A DNA stretch of 64,000 bases from Bacteroidia bacterium (GCA_041690035.1 JBDNFC010000016.1:10495-74494), one strand, 5' to 3'. Counted from the stretch's first letter, positions 51,427 to 62,602 are shown. Notes: generated by a model from the letters alone, not told the origin. Numbers and translations: made by a program.

Positions 51427-52401
51427 ATGCAAAAGGCAAAGGCTTTAATCATTGATGATTTTGATTTATTATTAATTAATGGCTTAAAGCAAGCGGGTAT
51501 TAAAGTAGATTATCACCCAAATATAAAGTTGCAAGAACTATTTGAGTTAAGTAATCAGTATCAAATCTTAGTTGTAAGATCAAAAACGTATATAGACAAA
51601 CTGTTTTTAGATAAATTTACTAAAATTAAATTAGTGGCTAGGGGCGGTGCAGGCTTAGACGGTATAGACATTGATTTATGCGCACAAAGAGGCATTAAAG
51701 TGATCAATGCGCCCGAAGGAAATAGAAATGCTGTAGCAGAGCACACTATTGCAATGATGCTAGCCTGGCAAACAAAATTGCTTAAAGCAGACGCAGAAGT
51801 AAAGCAAGGGCAATGGAATAGGGAAGCAAATAGAGGTAGCGAAATAAAATACCAAACTATTGGCATAATAGGTTTTGGAAATTGCGGAAAAGAAGTGGCT
51901 AAAAAGTTAAAATCATTTGGTTGCAAGATTTTAGCCAATGATATTGATAAAAAAAAGGTGCAATCATCTCTTGCCAAGTATGTTTCGTTGGCAGAATTGT
52001 GCAAGAAAGCTGACATTATTACCCTACATATACCGTTTACAAAACAAAACAAGTATTTGGTAAATTCTGAATTTTTATTTCAATTAAAACCATCATCTTT
52101 GTTATTGAATATGAGTAGAGGAGAAATACTAAATACACACCAAGCTTTAACTGCTTTGAAAAATGGTGTTTTTGACTGTTTAGGGTTAGATGTTATTGAT
52201 GGTGAGCAAAAAAATGGTTTTCCATTGCTCGGACATGAAACACTTTTACTTTTTAAATCTTTGCAAAATAGAATTATGATCACTCCACATGTAGCTGGTT
52301 GGACAAAAGAATCTTACACAAAAATTTCAAAAGTGCTGCTCAAAAAAATTATTGGTTATAAAATTAAATATCAAAAAAATGAAGCAAGAAAAGACATTTA
52401 A
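51427..52401 (+). CDS. D-isomer-specific 2-hydroxyacid dehydrogenase (PGDH-like)
   Basis: GIIGFGNCGKEVAKKL NAD fold; starts 1 nt after murI stop. Confidence 0.8.
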   Translation: MQKAKALIIDDFDLLLINGLKQAGIKVDYHPNIKLQELFELSNQYQILVVRSKTYIDKLFLDKFTKIKLVARGGAGLDGIDIDLCAQRGIKVINAPEGNRNAVAEHTIAMMLAWQTKLLKADAEVKQGQWNREANRGSEIKYQTIGIIGFGNCGKEVAKKLKSFGCKILANDIDKKKVQSSLAKYVSLAELCKKADIITLHIPFTKQNKYLVNSEFLFQLKPSSLLLNMSRGEILNTHQALTALKNGVFDCLGLDVIDGEQKNGFPLLGHETLLLFKSLQNRIMITPHVAGWTKESYTKISKVLLKKIIGYKIKYQKNEARKDI

Positions 52402-52742
52402 TGACGAAAAACAGATTTTAACGGTCATAAATTTTCAACATTATCAACAATTTAAGGTGCATTATCATCTGGTCTAAGGTAAAAAGGACAAAATTTTGTA
52501 ACATTTTTGATAATTTATTTCAATTTCTTATTGATTTATAATATTGATAATAAGTGTTTTGACAAAATATTTATTTCAAAAAATAAGAATTGCGATTAAT
52601 CGTTGAAAAAAAACCAAATGAAAATTGATTTTCTAAAAAAGTATTAAGAACTTGCCAAACTTTTTATCGTTAAAATGTCTGGCTTAATCTTAAACTAGAA
52701 TTTTTTAATATAAAAAAACCAAAAACCTAAAAATAACAATAT

Positions 52743-55700
52743 ATGAAACCAAAGATACTATTTAAAATTTGCCTCTCCATTTTGATCGCCTTTTTTAGTT
52801 TTGATAACATAAAGGCGCAATCTGGTTATGGCGAAGTAAGAGGAAAAATTACGGTTAGCGAAGAAAAAGATGAAGAAAGTATTTTTAACACTCAAGTAAT
52901 TTTGTGCTATCCTGATGGTTCTAAAGTAAAAATGGTTTTCCCCGACTATGGTGGAAATTATTTTATAAAATCTATTAACCCTGGCGAATACTTCTTAAAA
53001 GTAATATTAAAGGATTATGATACAACACAAACTCCAATTTTTGAAGTAAACGTGGATAAAATATCTTTTTATGACGTGCCACTAGCCAAGCCAAAAAAAT
53101 TAGATAATGCAAATCCTGATAAAGTCACAGAACTAAAGGCTGTAGTTATAAAACCAAAAAGTGCATTAGGAAAAGAAGACAATGGTGCACCGCCCATATC
53201 TGGAGAGCGCGTTCAGAATGGTGGAACTAGAGATATTACTAGATTAATAACGGGGATAACTGCAGGAGTAAACCAAGCTGCAAATGGCAGTATTAGTTTT
53301 GTTGGTTCTAGAACAGATGGTACAGCAATTTTTGTTGATGGTGTGCGCGTTAACTCTTCATCAGCTGTAAATACTCAAAGTATCGGTCAAGTAAATGTGA
53401 TTATTGGTGGAGTTCCTGCACAGTATGGAGATTTTACCGGTGGTGCAATTGCATATACTACCAAAGGAATAACCAATACACATTCTAAGTCAATTGAGTT
53501 TTTAAGTTCTTCACCGTTTAATCCATACCACAATAATCGGTTAGAGTTTTTTGCAAATGGACCGCTTTACATTAAAAATAAAGGGGCAGATCAAAACGAC
53601 ACAACTAAGCCTGAGCGCACTGTATTAGGTTATCTATTTAGTTTTACTGCAGCTTATGATAAGGATAGAACCCCAAGTTATGTCGGATATTATAACCTTA
53701 ATAAAGATAAACTTGACGAAATTGAAAAAAATCCACTTGTGCCTGCAGAAAACGGTTTTGGTTATGTTCATGCTGGCAATTATGTGACTGAAGCAGATAT
53801 TGAAAATGTAAGAGCGAGGCCTAATGCACATCATTTTATCACTACCACACAGGGCAAAATAGACTGGGCTCCTAATAAAAATTCATTGGTTACTTTTTAT
53901 GGGTCATATCGGTACCAGGATTTTTTGAATGCAGGGAGATCGGTATTTAATTACAATAACAATGCTAGAGTTATTAATCAAGATATACTTACTTATGTTA
54001 GGTTTAGACAAGATTTGCCCAACCCTTCTAATGATGCCCAATTTAAAAAAACCACCCTTAGTAAAGCTTGGTATAATGTGAGAATAGATTTTCAACAAAC
54101 CAACCAAGTCGTAATGGATCAAGTGCATAAAAGCAATGTTTTTGATTATGGATACATAGGCACATTTACAAATTTTGAAGCTGAAAGATTTAATTATGTA
54201 AATAATAACAACAATCCTTTTGCAGCAACAAGAACATTCGTAGATCAAAATGGCGATACCGTTAAATTAAGAGAGTTTCATGAACAAACTGGTTTTCTAG
54301 ATACTGCTTTAAGATTTAAAGCTTCTGATTTGAATCCGATTCGTGCAGCATACACTAGCAATCTATATGATGATTTTGAAAGACAAGGGCGAAATATAAC
54401 AAATGCCTCTGCAATACTAGGAAATCAAGGTTTGTTGAATGGCCTAAATCCTCCTAATATTTATGGTTTATGGGCAGCTCCCGGTCAGGTTGCTTCAAAT
54501 TATAATAAAGTAAACAACCAGTTTTTTTCTATATTTGCAATGGGTGAGGCCAGTTTAACAGGGCCCCTAGAAAAAGATTTGAATAGAAAACCGCATGATT
54601 TGCAATTTGGTTTATTTTTTGAACAATCATCCTTTAATAACTATGGTTTAAATGCAAATGGTCTGTGGTTTTTGATGCCTCAATTAATGAACACCCACAA
54701 TAATACATTAGACAGAAATAATCCAATACTTTCTTATAATAGCGATGGGGTTTTTACAGATACTATAAGGTATAACAAATTGATATTAGACGGACAGCAA
54801 ACAAATTTTGATAAAAACCTAAGAAATTCTTTAATTAATAGTGGGGCCAAAGATGTTTATGGCAACCCTATAAATGAGTCAAGTGCAATTAATGTAAATT
54901 CGCTTACTCCAGAGCAATTTCAATTAAAAATGTTTAATGCAAATGAATTGTTGAATAATGGAAACTCTTACGTTTCATACAATGGATTTGACCATTTAGG
55001 CAATAGGGTTAGGGGAAAATCTAGCATCAATGATTTTTTATTAGATCAAAATAGAAGAGCTATAAACGGATATAACCCGATTTTTACAGCAGCTTGGATA
55101 CAAGATAAGTTCGACTTTAAAGATTTGATATTTAGGGTTGGACTTAGGGTTGAAAGATTTGATGCAAACCAACTTGTGCTTAAAGACCCTTACTCTCTAT
55201 ACCCAGTAAAAACAGTTGGTGAGGTAAAAGACCTAAATGGAGTTCCTCAAAATCATCCTGATGCTGTAGGAAATGATTATAAAGTATATGTAAACAACGT
55301 AAATAATCCCACAAAGATTTTAGGATACAGAGATGGCGATCAATGGTATGACAATGCTGGAAGGGCCATAACCAATCCAGAATTAATTGCAAATCAAACA
55401 GACAATGGAAAGATTTCTCCCTATCTTGTAGATCCAAATGAGCAAAATTTATCATCAAATAGTTTTGAAGATTATAAACCACAAGTTAATATTTTGCCAA
55501 GGGTTTGGTTTTCGTTTCCAATTAACACTACAGCATTGTTCTTTGCTAATTATGATGTTTTAGCCCAACGTCCTCAAAGAGGGCAGAGTTTTGCAACCAT
55601 AGACGATTATTTTTATATGGAAGCAAGAAGTGGGCAAACACTAGCCAATCCGGCATTAACACCGCGTCTCAAAACCAACTATGAGATTGGATTTAGACAG

Positions 55701-56579
55701 GTATTGCAAGAGCAATCGTATGGCAAGGGAGTAGGCGCAATTCTCGGTATCACCGCTTCTTACTCTGAGATTAGAAATGACATCAATGAATTTTTCTTTA
55801 ATCAAGCTTATCCTATTAGTTACATCAGTTTTTCTAACATCGATTTTTCAACTATTAAAAGTTTTAGATCCGATATTCAATTAAAGTATGATAAAATGCT
55901 TTCTTTAACAGCCAATTATAGTTTGTTATTCGCAAATGGAACAGGTGCAAACGCTTCTTCTGCAAGGGCATTAATTCAAAGTAATCAGCCTAATTTAAGG
56001 TCATTATTTCCGTTAGCAGATTTAGATATTAGACATGCAGTAAAAGCCAACTTAAATTATGAATTTGGTGGTGGAAAAAACGATAGAACAGGAAAAGATG
56101 AGTATTATGGCCCTGCAAACCTTAGAAAATATTTAGAATATGCTTCTGTAGGACTAATATATACTGCAACCAGTGGAATACCCTATACTGCACTTTTGCA
56201 ACCTTTGCAAATAGGCAGTACTGACCGCTCTCCTATAAAAGGTGATCCTTTTGGTTCGAGACTTCCTTGGAATAACAACTTTGATATTCAAGTAAGCAAA
56301 GGATGGGCAATGAAATATGCAAAAGGGCAAAAACAAGGTCTGTTGGTAGGTTTTTTAATTGTTTCTAATGTATTAAATACGAGAAACGTAGTAGGTGTTT
56401 GGCCATACTCTGGTCAAACTGATGATGATGGTTTTCTATCCTCACCTAGAGGACAGCAAGCCCTAGCAAGTCAAATAAATGCAGCTTCATTCTCGGCACT
56501 CTATAGAATAATTACCGATAATCCTGGTTTTTATAGGGCACCAAGATTTGCTCAATTAGGAGTTAGATTTCAGTTTTAA
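52743..56579 (+). CDS. Very large TonB-dependent-receptor-like outer-membrane beta-barrel (CarboxypepD_reg-like + plug-like N-terminus), first gene of T9SS locus
   Basis: 1278 aa; signal peptide; plug-like ISFVGSRTDGTAIFVDGVRVNSS...GGVPAQYGDFTGGAIAYTTKG; C-terminal ...GVRFQF (terminal Phe). Confidence 0.55.
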   Translation: MKPKILFKICLSILIAFFSFDNIKAQSGYGEVRGKITVSEEKDEESIFNTQVILCYPDGSKVKMVFPDYGGNYFIKSINPGEYFLKVILKDYDTTQTPIFEVNVDKISFYDVPLAKPKKLDNANPDKVTELKAVVIKPKSALGKEDNGAPPISGERVQNGGTRDITRLITGITAGVNQAANGSISFVGSRTDGTAIFVDGVRVNSSSAVNTQSIGQVNVIIGGVPAQYGDFTGGAIAYTTKGITNTHSKSIEFLSSSPFNPYHNNRLEFFANGPLYIKNKGADQNDTTKPERTVLGYLFSFTAAYDKDRTPSYVGYYNLNKDKLDEIEKNPLVPAENGFGYVHAGNYVTEADIENVRARPNAHHFITTTQGKIDWAPNKNSLVTFYGSYRYQDFLNAGRSVFNYNNNARVINQDILTYVRFRQDLPNPSNDAQFKKTTLSKAWYNVRIDFQQTNQVVMDQVHKSNVFDYGYIGTFTNFEAERFNYVNNNNNPFAATRTFVDQNGDTVKLREFHEQTGFLDTALRFKASDLNPIRAAYTSNLYDDFERQGRNITNASAILGNQGLLNGLNPPNIYGLWAAPGQVASNYNKVNNQFFSIFAMGEASLTGPLEKDLNRKPHDLQFGLFFEQSSFNNYGLNANGLWFLMPQLMNTHNNTLDRNNPILSYNSDGVFTDTIRYNKLILDGQQTNFDKNLRNSLINSGAKDVYGNPINESSAINVNSLTPEQFQLKMFNANELLNNGNSYVSYNGFDHLGNRVRGKSSINDFLLDQNRRAINGYNPIFTAAWIQDKFDFKDLIFRVGLRVERFDANQLVLKDPYSLYPVKTVGEVKDLNGVPQNHPDAVGNDYKVYVNNVNNPTKILGYRDGDQWYDNAGRAITNPELIANQTDNGKISPYLVDPNEQNLSSNSFEDYKPQVNILPRVWFSFPINTTALFFANYDVLAQRPQRGQSFATIDDYFYMEARSGQTLANPALTPRLKTNYEIGFRQVLQEQSYGKGVGAILGITASYSEIRNDINEFFFNQAYPISYISFSNIDFSTIKSFRSDIQLKYDKMLSLTANYSLLFANGTGANASSARALIQSNQPNLRSLFPLADLDIRHAVKANLNYEFGGGKNDRTGKDEYYGPANLRKYLEYASVGLIYTATSGIPYTALLQPLQIGSTDRSPIKGDPFGSRLPWNNNFDIQVSKGWAMKYAKGQKQGLLVGFLIVSNVLNTRNVVGVWPYSGQTDDDGFLSSPRGQQALASQINAASFSALYRIITDNPGFYRAPRFAQLGVRFQF

Positions 56580-56605
56580 TAAAATACAAATAATAAAGTA
56601 AAGAT

Positions 56606-59600
56606 ATGAAAAGAATAATAATAACAGTATTAATTGGTTTATTTCTAAACCAACTTGATGCTAGGGAGATATTAAACTACAAAATAGATCCTGCAAATAA
56701 TAACAATAACACGGGCAAGAGATTAAATGCTTTTGCGGGTGGCTGCGAGGCTGCTACTCAAAGTGCCGATTTGGATATTAATAATGTAAGAACCAAAATT
56801 CTAAATGGGGGAGACATGTGGTGGGATTTAAACAATGCCAAGTATGAAATACCTAAAGTAAATGATGCTAATGCCATTAGAAAGCACTCACTATTTGCTG
56901 GTGCACTATGGATAGGAGGATTAGAAGAAGGTAGCAATAATCTAAAACTTGCAGCAATGACATATAGGCAAAGAGGCTCTGATTTTTGGCCAGGCCCTTT
57001 GGATGTTAGCAATGCAACTACAGATGCTTCAAGATGTTTGAGCTATGATAGGATTTGGAAAATTACTAGAAAAGAGATAGAAGTAGCACAAGCAAGTGGG
57101 TGGCGAGATTTATCGACTGGATTAACGGAGTGGCCGGGTGGTATTAATAGGGGTTTTAGCGGTATTAGTTCTGCAAATGAAACCCCAATTATGGCGCCTT
57201 ATTTTAGTGTAAATGGCAATCTTGCTTATGAACCAAACTTGGGCGAATATCCAGTTTTGTTTACCAATAAGGATGCAGATAAAAATTTGCCAAAAGATCA
57301 GCCAGATATGATGCTTTGGTATGTTTATAATGATAATGGAAATTTACATGCTGAAACTGGAGGTATACCAATTGGTTTAGAATTACAAATGCAGGCTTTT
57401 GCTTTTGCCACTAATGATGAGGTTAATAATATGACTTTTTATAGGTCTACAATCATCAATAGAGGTCAAACTAATTTAAAGGAAACTTTTATGGGGCAAT
57501 GGGCAGACCCAGATTTAGGGAATTATGTAGATGATTACGTGGGTTGTGATGTAAAAAGAGCTTTAGGTATTTGCTACAATGGAGATGATAATGATGAAGG
57601 TGTATTGGGTTATGGTTTAAATCCACCTACAATTGGAATAGATTATTTTGAAGGACCTTTTGGAGATAATGGTGATCAACTTGGTCTTTCACATTTTATG
57701 TTTTTTAACAATGACCAAAACCCCATTTGTGGAAACCCAAATATTGCCATTGATTTTTATAATTATTTAAAAGGTTATTGGAAAAATAATCAAGCTGTTA
57801 GATGGGGCGATAGATGTGGAGTAGGAGGAACGATAATTACTCCTTGGATGTGGCCATTTGATACTGTATTACCAGGTCAACAGCCTTGGACTGAGCCTTT
57901 ATCAGGCAATACACCAGGCGATAGAAGGTTCGTGCAATCATCTGGTCCGTTTACGCTAAAACCAGGTGCTGTTAATTTTATTACAGTAGGCGCTGTTTGG
58001 GCAAAAGCTACTTCTGGAGGAGCTTTAGGTTCATTAGAATTATTAAGAAAGGCTAGTGATAAGGCACAAAAATTGTTTAATAATAAATTTGACTTAATTG
58101 ATGGCCCTGATGCACCTCTAATTGCAATACAAGAATTAGAAAATGAATTAATATTGACATTAAAAGATGTTGAAGCCACAGAAAAATACAGAGATACTGT
58201 GCTTTCTGAGAGTGGCAGCAGATTAGTCTACAATTTTCAAGGATATCAATTGTATCAACTTAAAGATGGTTCTGTAAACACTGGAGATTTGAATAACATT
58301 GAGAAAGCAAGATTAGTTTTTCAGTGCGATTTAAAGGATGAATTTAGTCAAATCATCAACAAGGAATTTGATGGTGTGGTAGGTGCAGAAATACCTGTAG
58401 AAAAAGTTAATGGCAAAAACGTGGGAGTAGTAAACACCATTTCTCTGAAAAGAGACGAATTTAGCACCACTTCTACCAAGCAGTTAATAAATTTTAAAAC
58501 TTATTATTATTTAATGATTTCTTATGCCGTTATTACCAACGACCCACTGAAAAATGACCCTCAACAGTATCTAGCAGGCAGAAATAATATTAAAGTATAT
58601 TCTGCTATTCCGCATAAGAATGAACCCGAATTATCTGGAATTGGATTAAACGCAGCATATGGTTCTGGACCAAAAATAACTAAAATCGCTGGAACTGGAA
58701 ATGGAGGAAATATTCTAGAATTTACTAAAGAAACTGTGGATAATATATTAAGAGATAGGCGTGATCCTGCACCTACCTATCTTGGTGGAAATAGTCCTGT
58801 AAGAATAAAAATTGTTGACCCAGTAAAAGTGCCTAGGGCAAGTTTTGAATTAGAATTATTGGATACGTCTGCCATAAATAGTACAAGTAACGATTCCATT
58901 AGATCTATTTCTACGTATTGGAAACTAACTAACTTAACGACAGGCGATGTTATATTTAGCGATAGATTTTTAAAGGAAAAATATGAATCTGTTCAAGGGA
59001 GAATTTCGCTAAATGGAAGGGTAAAGCCTTCACCAAACCTGCATGATTGGGGTATGGCAGTAATTATTAATCAAGTGCCTTTGGTTGGGTTAGATTCTAT
59101 CAGTAAAGATAATAGCTTGCTTGCGTGGAGTGTTAGTTTTCAAGATAAAGGCAAGCAATGGTTAAGCGGTATATCTGATAATGATGGTGCTGTTCAATTT
59201 AATTGGATAAAGTCTGGCGCAGTTAGGTCAGCTGCTGCTTCTACTGCTTGGAGTAATGACTTTTTTAATAGCATTATTGACAGACCGATGGATAGATTTG
59301 AAGCTTATGAGAAAATTTGGGAGGGAAGGATTGCTCCCGCTGCCTTATCAGATGGCAGGATTTATGTAGCCAATAGCACGGGTAATGCACCATTCTTTTA
59401 TCCTATGGTAGAATATATTGGTAAAGCAGCTGCTGCACCAGGTATTTTAAATAATACTGCATCTGTCGATATTGTTATAACTAGCGATAAAAGTAAATGG
59501 ACAAGATGTATTGTTTTTGAAACTGGAGATGATGCCAATGTTACGCAGCATGAAGGGCAAGCCAAAAAGTTTGAGTTGAGAAAAGGCACAAGCAGAGATA

Positions 59601-60445
59601 TTAATGGCAATCTGGAAAATGGAAGCACGGGTAGAGGTTGGTTTCCTGGTTATGCAATTAACTTAGAGACAGGAGAGAGAATGAATATGGCATTTGGCGA
59701 AGATTCTTATTTGCCAGCTGCAAATGGAAGGGATATGATTTGGAATCCAACTTCAGAATTTTTTAGTGGATTTAATAGTTATCCAATTTTTGGCGGAAAG
59801 CACTATGTATATGTGTTTGGAGCTTACAATGGAATTTCAGGATTTAAAGGAAGTATTTATGATGAAGGAAATCAGTATCATGCTTTACTTTCAGACGCAA
59901 GTGTAAGTGCTTTTCAAAAATCTAATGTTTACCGTCAAATAATGTGGGTGTTGCCTACAATAGCAGCACCTGGCTTTGATTTAAGTAAAGGAATTCCGCC
60001 AACAGATGTTACAATCAAATTAAGAATGGCAAAACCTTATGCAACTAATGAGGATAAAAAAATGCCGAAATATGCATTTAATACGGATGATATTGCACCT
60101 ACCAAAAATGAAAATACCCGCAAAAATGCACTCGAATTAATTAATGTGGTGCCTAATCCTTATTATGCATTTTCTGAATACGAAACAAGTCCAATTGATA
60201 ACAGAATTAAAATTACAAATTTGCCTCCTAAATGCACAATTAGCATATTTAGCATGCAAGGCTTATTAATCAAAACTTTTGAAAAAGACAATGAAAATAC
60301 TTATGTGGACTGGGATTTAAAAAATAATTCTAGGGTTCCAATTGCAACCGGAGTTTATATAATTCATGTAAAAGTACCCGGCAGTGGAGAAAAAACTTTG
60401 AAATGGTATGGTGTAATGCGCTCACTAGATCTAGACTCTTACTAG
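56606..60445 (+). CDS. Large secreted T9SS-associated protein directly upstream of porV; candidate PorU (C-terminal signal peptidase) - assignment tentative
   Basis: 1279 aa, signal peptide, C-terminal beta-sandwich resembling T9SS CTD (VVPNPYYAFSEYETSPIDNRIKITNL...GVYIIHV); 24 bp before porV. Confidence 0.4.
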   Translation: MKRIIITVLIGLFLNQLDAREILNYKIDPANNNNNTGKRLNAFAGGCEAATQSADLDINNVRTKILNGGDMWWDLNNAKYEIPKVNDANAIRKHSLFAGALWIGGLEEGSNNLKLAAMTYRQRGSDFWPGPLDVSNATTDASRCLSYDRIWKITRKEIEVAQASGWRDLSTGLTEWPGGINRGFSGISSANETPIMAPYFSVNGNLAYEPNLGEYPVLFTNKDADKNLPKDQPDMMLWYVYNDNGNLHAETGGIPIGLELQMQAFAFATNDEVNNMTFYRSTIINRGQTNLKETFMGQWADPDLGNYVDDYVGCDVKRALGICYNGDDNDEGVLGYGLNPPTIGIDYFEGPFGDNGDQLGLSHFMFFNNDQNPICGNPNIAIDFYNYLKGYWKNNQAVRWGDRCGVGGTIITPWMWPFDTVLPGQQPWTEPLSGNTPGDRRFVQSSGPFTLKPGAVNFITVGAVWAKATSGGALGSLELLRKASDKAQKLFNNKFDLIDGPDAPLIAIQELENELILTLKDVEATEKYRDTVLSESGSRLVYNFQGYQLYQLKDGSVNTGDLNNIEKARLVFQCDLKDEFSQIINKEFDGVVGAEIPVEKVNGKNVGVVNTISLKRDEFSTTSTKQLINFKTYYYLMISYAVITNDPLKNDPQQYLAGRNNIKVYSAIPHKNEPELSGIGLNAAYGSGPKITKIAGTGNGGNILEFTKETVDNILRDRRDPAPTYLGGNSPVRIKIVDPVKVPRASFELELLDTSAINSTSNDSIRSISTYWKLTNLTTGDVIFSDRFLKEKYESVQGRISLNGRVKPSPNLHDWGMAVIINQVPLVGLDSISKDNSLLAWSVSFQDKGKQWLSGISDNDGAVQFNWIKSGAVRSAAASTAWSNDFFNSIIDRPMDRFEAYEKIWEGRIAPAALSDGRIYVANSTGNAPFFYPMVEYIGKAAAAPGILNNTASVDIVITSDKSKWTRCIVFETGDDANVTQHEGQAKKFELRKGTSRDINGNLENGSTGRGWFPGYAINLETGERMNMAFGEDSYLPAANGRDMIWNPTSEFFSGFNSYPIFGGKHYVYVFGAYNGISGFKGSIYDEGNQYHALLSDASVSAFQKSNVYRQIMWVLPTIAAPGFDLSKGIPPTDVTIKLRMAKPYATNEDKKMPKYAFNTDDIAPTKNENTRKNALELINVVPNPYYAFSEYETSPIDNRIKITNLPPKCTISIFSMQGLLIKTFEKDNENTYVDWDLKNNSRVPIATGVYIIHVKVPGSGEKTLKWYGVMRSLDLDSY

Positions 60446-60469
60446 CCTATTAATTTTAAAATAAAAATA

Positions 60470-61609
60470 ATGAACAATATAATTAAATATACAATTATAA
60501 CGCTTAGTACTTCACTTAGTTTAGCTTTATCTGCAGGAAATCCAGAGCGAAGCGGTCAAGCAGGAGGTGCAGAGTTGCAAATTAATCCATTTGCGCGAAG
60601 TAGTGGATGGGGTTTTGCAAATACTACTGGAGTTAAAGGCCTTGAATCCACTTTTATAAATATAGCTGGCCTAGCAGGAGTAAAGCAAACAGAGTTGTTA
60701 TTTTCTCGAGTGGGCTATGTTGCAGGCATTAATATTAATACTTTTGGTTTTGCGCAAAAACTGGGTGGCGAAAAAGGCCAAAATGCCATTAGCTTAGGGC
60801 TTACTTCATTTAATTATGGGGATATTATGCGCACTACCACTGCCCAGCCTGATGGAGGTTTAGGTACCTACCGCATTTCTACATCTATATTATCTGCTGG
60901 TTATGCTCGAAGATTTACTGATAAAATATATGGCGGTGTGCAGTTTAAATTTTATAGCCAAGGTACTTCTGATGTAAGGTCAAATGCGGTGGCAATTGAT
61001 GCAGGGGTGCAATATGCAACAACAACCAAGCCGGGTAGCATTAAAACCAACGATCTAAGGTTTGCTGTGGCCTTAAAAGATATTGGGCCAGATTATCGCC
61101 CCACGGGTGATGGCTTAGCAGTAAAATCCCTTTTATCGGGTAATGATTTTTCTAGTACTACTTCTCTAAGGTCAGCAAAAACAGAACTTCCTACTTCTGT
61201 GCACATTGGTATGGCATACGATTTTCAATTAGATAAAGAAAAAGCCCTATACATGCACAAACTTACAACAGCATTTAATTTTACAAATAATTCTTTTAGT
61301 AATAACCAAACTTCACTAGGTTTAGAATATAGCTATAATGAATTATTTATGCTTAGGGGAGCATTTATTTATGAAAAAAACATTTTTACCCCACAAGGTC
61401 CAGAAGGCCGACAATCAATGTTTACAGGTTTTGCAATTGGCATGACTGCTGAACCTAGTTTATCTAAAGAAAATGGAAATACAATGGCCATTGACGTAAG
61501 TTATAGAACTACAAATCCTTTTAATGGTGTGCTTTCTATTGGGTTAAGATTAAATTTAGCACAAACAAAAAGAGCAAATTATAGAAAAAAGGTATTAACA
61601 GCCAACTAA
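60470..61609 (+). CDS. porV: T9SS outer-membrane shuttle protein PorV (LptO)
   Basis: 379 aa; GGAELQINPFARSSGWGFANT N-terminal family motif, Gly/Thr/Ser-rich barrel. Confidence 0.7.
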   Translation: MNNIIKYTIITLSTSLSLALSAGNPERSGQAGGAELQINPFARSSGWGFANTTGVKGLESTFINIAGLAGVKQTELLFSRVGYVAGININTFGFAQKLGGEKGQNAISLGLTSFNYGDIMRTTTAQPDGGLGTYRISTSILSAGYARRFTDKIYGGVQFKFYSQGTSDVRSNAVAIDAGVQYATTTKPGSIKTNDLRFAVALKDIGPDYRPTGDGLAVKSLLSGNDFSSTTSLRSAKTELPTSVHIGMAYDFQLDKEKALYMHKLTTAFNFTNNSFSNNQTSLGLEYSYNELFMLRGAFIYEKNIFTPQGPEGRQSMFTGFAIGMTAEPSLSKENGNTMAIDVSYRTTNPFNGVLSIGLRLNLAQTKRANYRKKVLTAN

Positions 61610-61644
61610 ATTAATAAAAAAGAATTATTATTGCATAATTATTT

Positions 61645-61678
61645 AACACCTCGCATCTTATGTGAGGTGTTATTTTTT
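61645..61678 (+). terminator. Rho-independent terminator after porV
   Basis: aacacctcgca tctta tgtgaggtgtt followed by attttttag. Confidence 0.6.
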
Positions 61679-61700
61679 AGTAAAAAAAAAGAGAAGATAT

Positions 61701-62171
61701 ATGAGCATAAATTATTTGAGTAAAGAAGGTTACGAAAAGTTAAAACGCGATTTAGAGCACATGACTAAAGTGGAGAGGCCGTCTATTTCTGGACAAATAG
61801 CAGAAGCAAGAGATAAGGGTGATTTGTCTGAGAATGCAGAGTATGATGCTGCGAAAGAAGCTCAAGGATTATTGGAACTTAAAATTTCTAAGGCACAATC
61901 AGCATTGGCAAATTCTAGAATTATAGATCAATCACAAATTGATATTTCTAGGGTATCTATTTTTAGCAATGTTAAACTTTTGAATAAAAAAAGTAATACA
62001 GAAGTAACTTATATCATCGTTTCTGAAAATGAAGCAGACCTGAAATTAAAAAAAATATCGTCTAAATCTGCTATTGGAGCCGCTTTGCTTGGCAAAAAAG
62101 TAGGAGAGGCTATCTCTGTTGAGGTACCTGCTGGTATTATGGAGTATGAGGTTTTATCAATCTCTTTATAA
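61701..62171 (+). CDS. greA: Transcription elongation factor GreA
   Basis: MSINYLSKEGYEKLKRDLEHM...RDKGDLSENAEYDAAKE. Confidence 0.9.
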   Translation: MSINYLSKEGYEKLKRDLEHMTKVERPSISGQIAEARDKGDLSENAEYDAAKEAQGLLELKISKAQSALANSRIIDQSQIDISRVSIFSNVKLLNKKSNTEVTYIIVSENEADLKLKKISSKSAIGAALLGKKVGEAISVEVPAGIMEYEVLSISL

Positions 62172-62566
62172 TGTCTGTTTTTTCTAAAATAATTAGTGGT
62201 GATGTTAAATGTTACAAAATAGCTGAAGATGAACATCATTTAGCATTTTTAGATATCAATCCATTAAAAAAAGGACACACCTTAGTTATACCAAAAATAG
62301 AGGTAGATAATATTTTTGATTTAGACGATTCCGCATTTGCCCATTTGCACTTATTTGCAAAAGGCGTTGCTAATGCTATGAAAAAAGCAATCACTTGCAA
62401 GAAAATAGGGGTTGCAATTATTGGTTTAGAAGTGCCCCATGCCCACATTCATCTCATACCTATAGATAATGTTGCAGAAATAAATTTTACTCAACCTAAG
62501 TTAGCACTATTAGCCCCTGATATGGAGGCTTTAGCATCTCAAATTAGAGAATATTATACTGCTTGA
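62171..62566 (+). CDS. HIT-family (histidine triad) protein
   Basis: HAHIHLIP histidine triad; 1-nt overlap with greA. Confidence 0.85.
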   Translation: MSVFSKIISGDVKCYKIAEDEHHLAFLDINPLKKGHTLVIPKIEVDNIFDLDDSAFAHLHLFAKGVANAMKKAITCKKIGVAIIGLEVPHAHIHLIPIDNVAEINFTQPKLALLAPDMEALASQIREYYTA

Positions 62567-62602
62567 TTTTTCTTGATTTTTTAAGCTAATTATAGCTATT
62601 TT

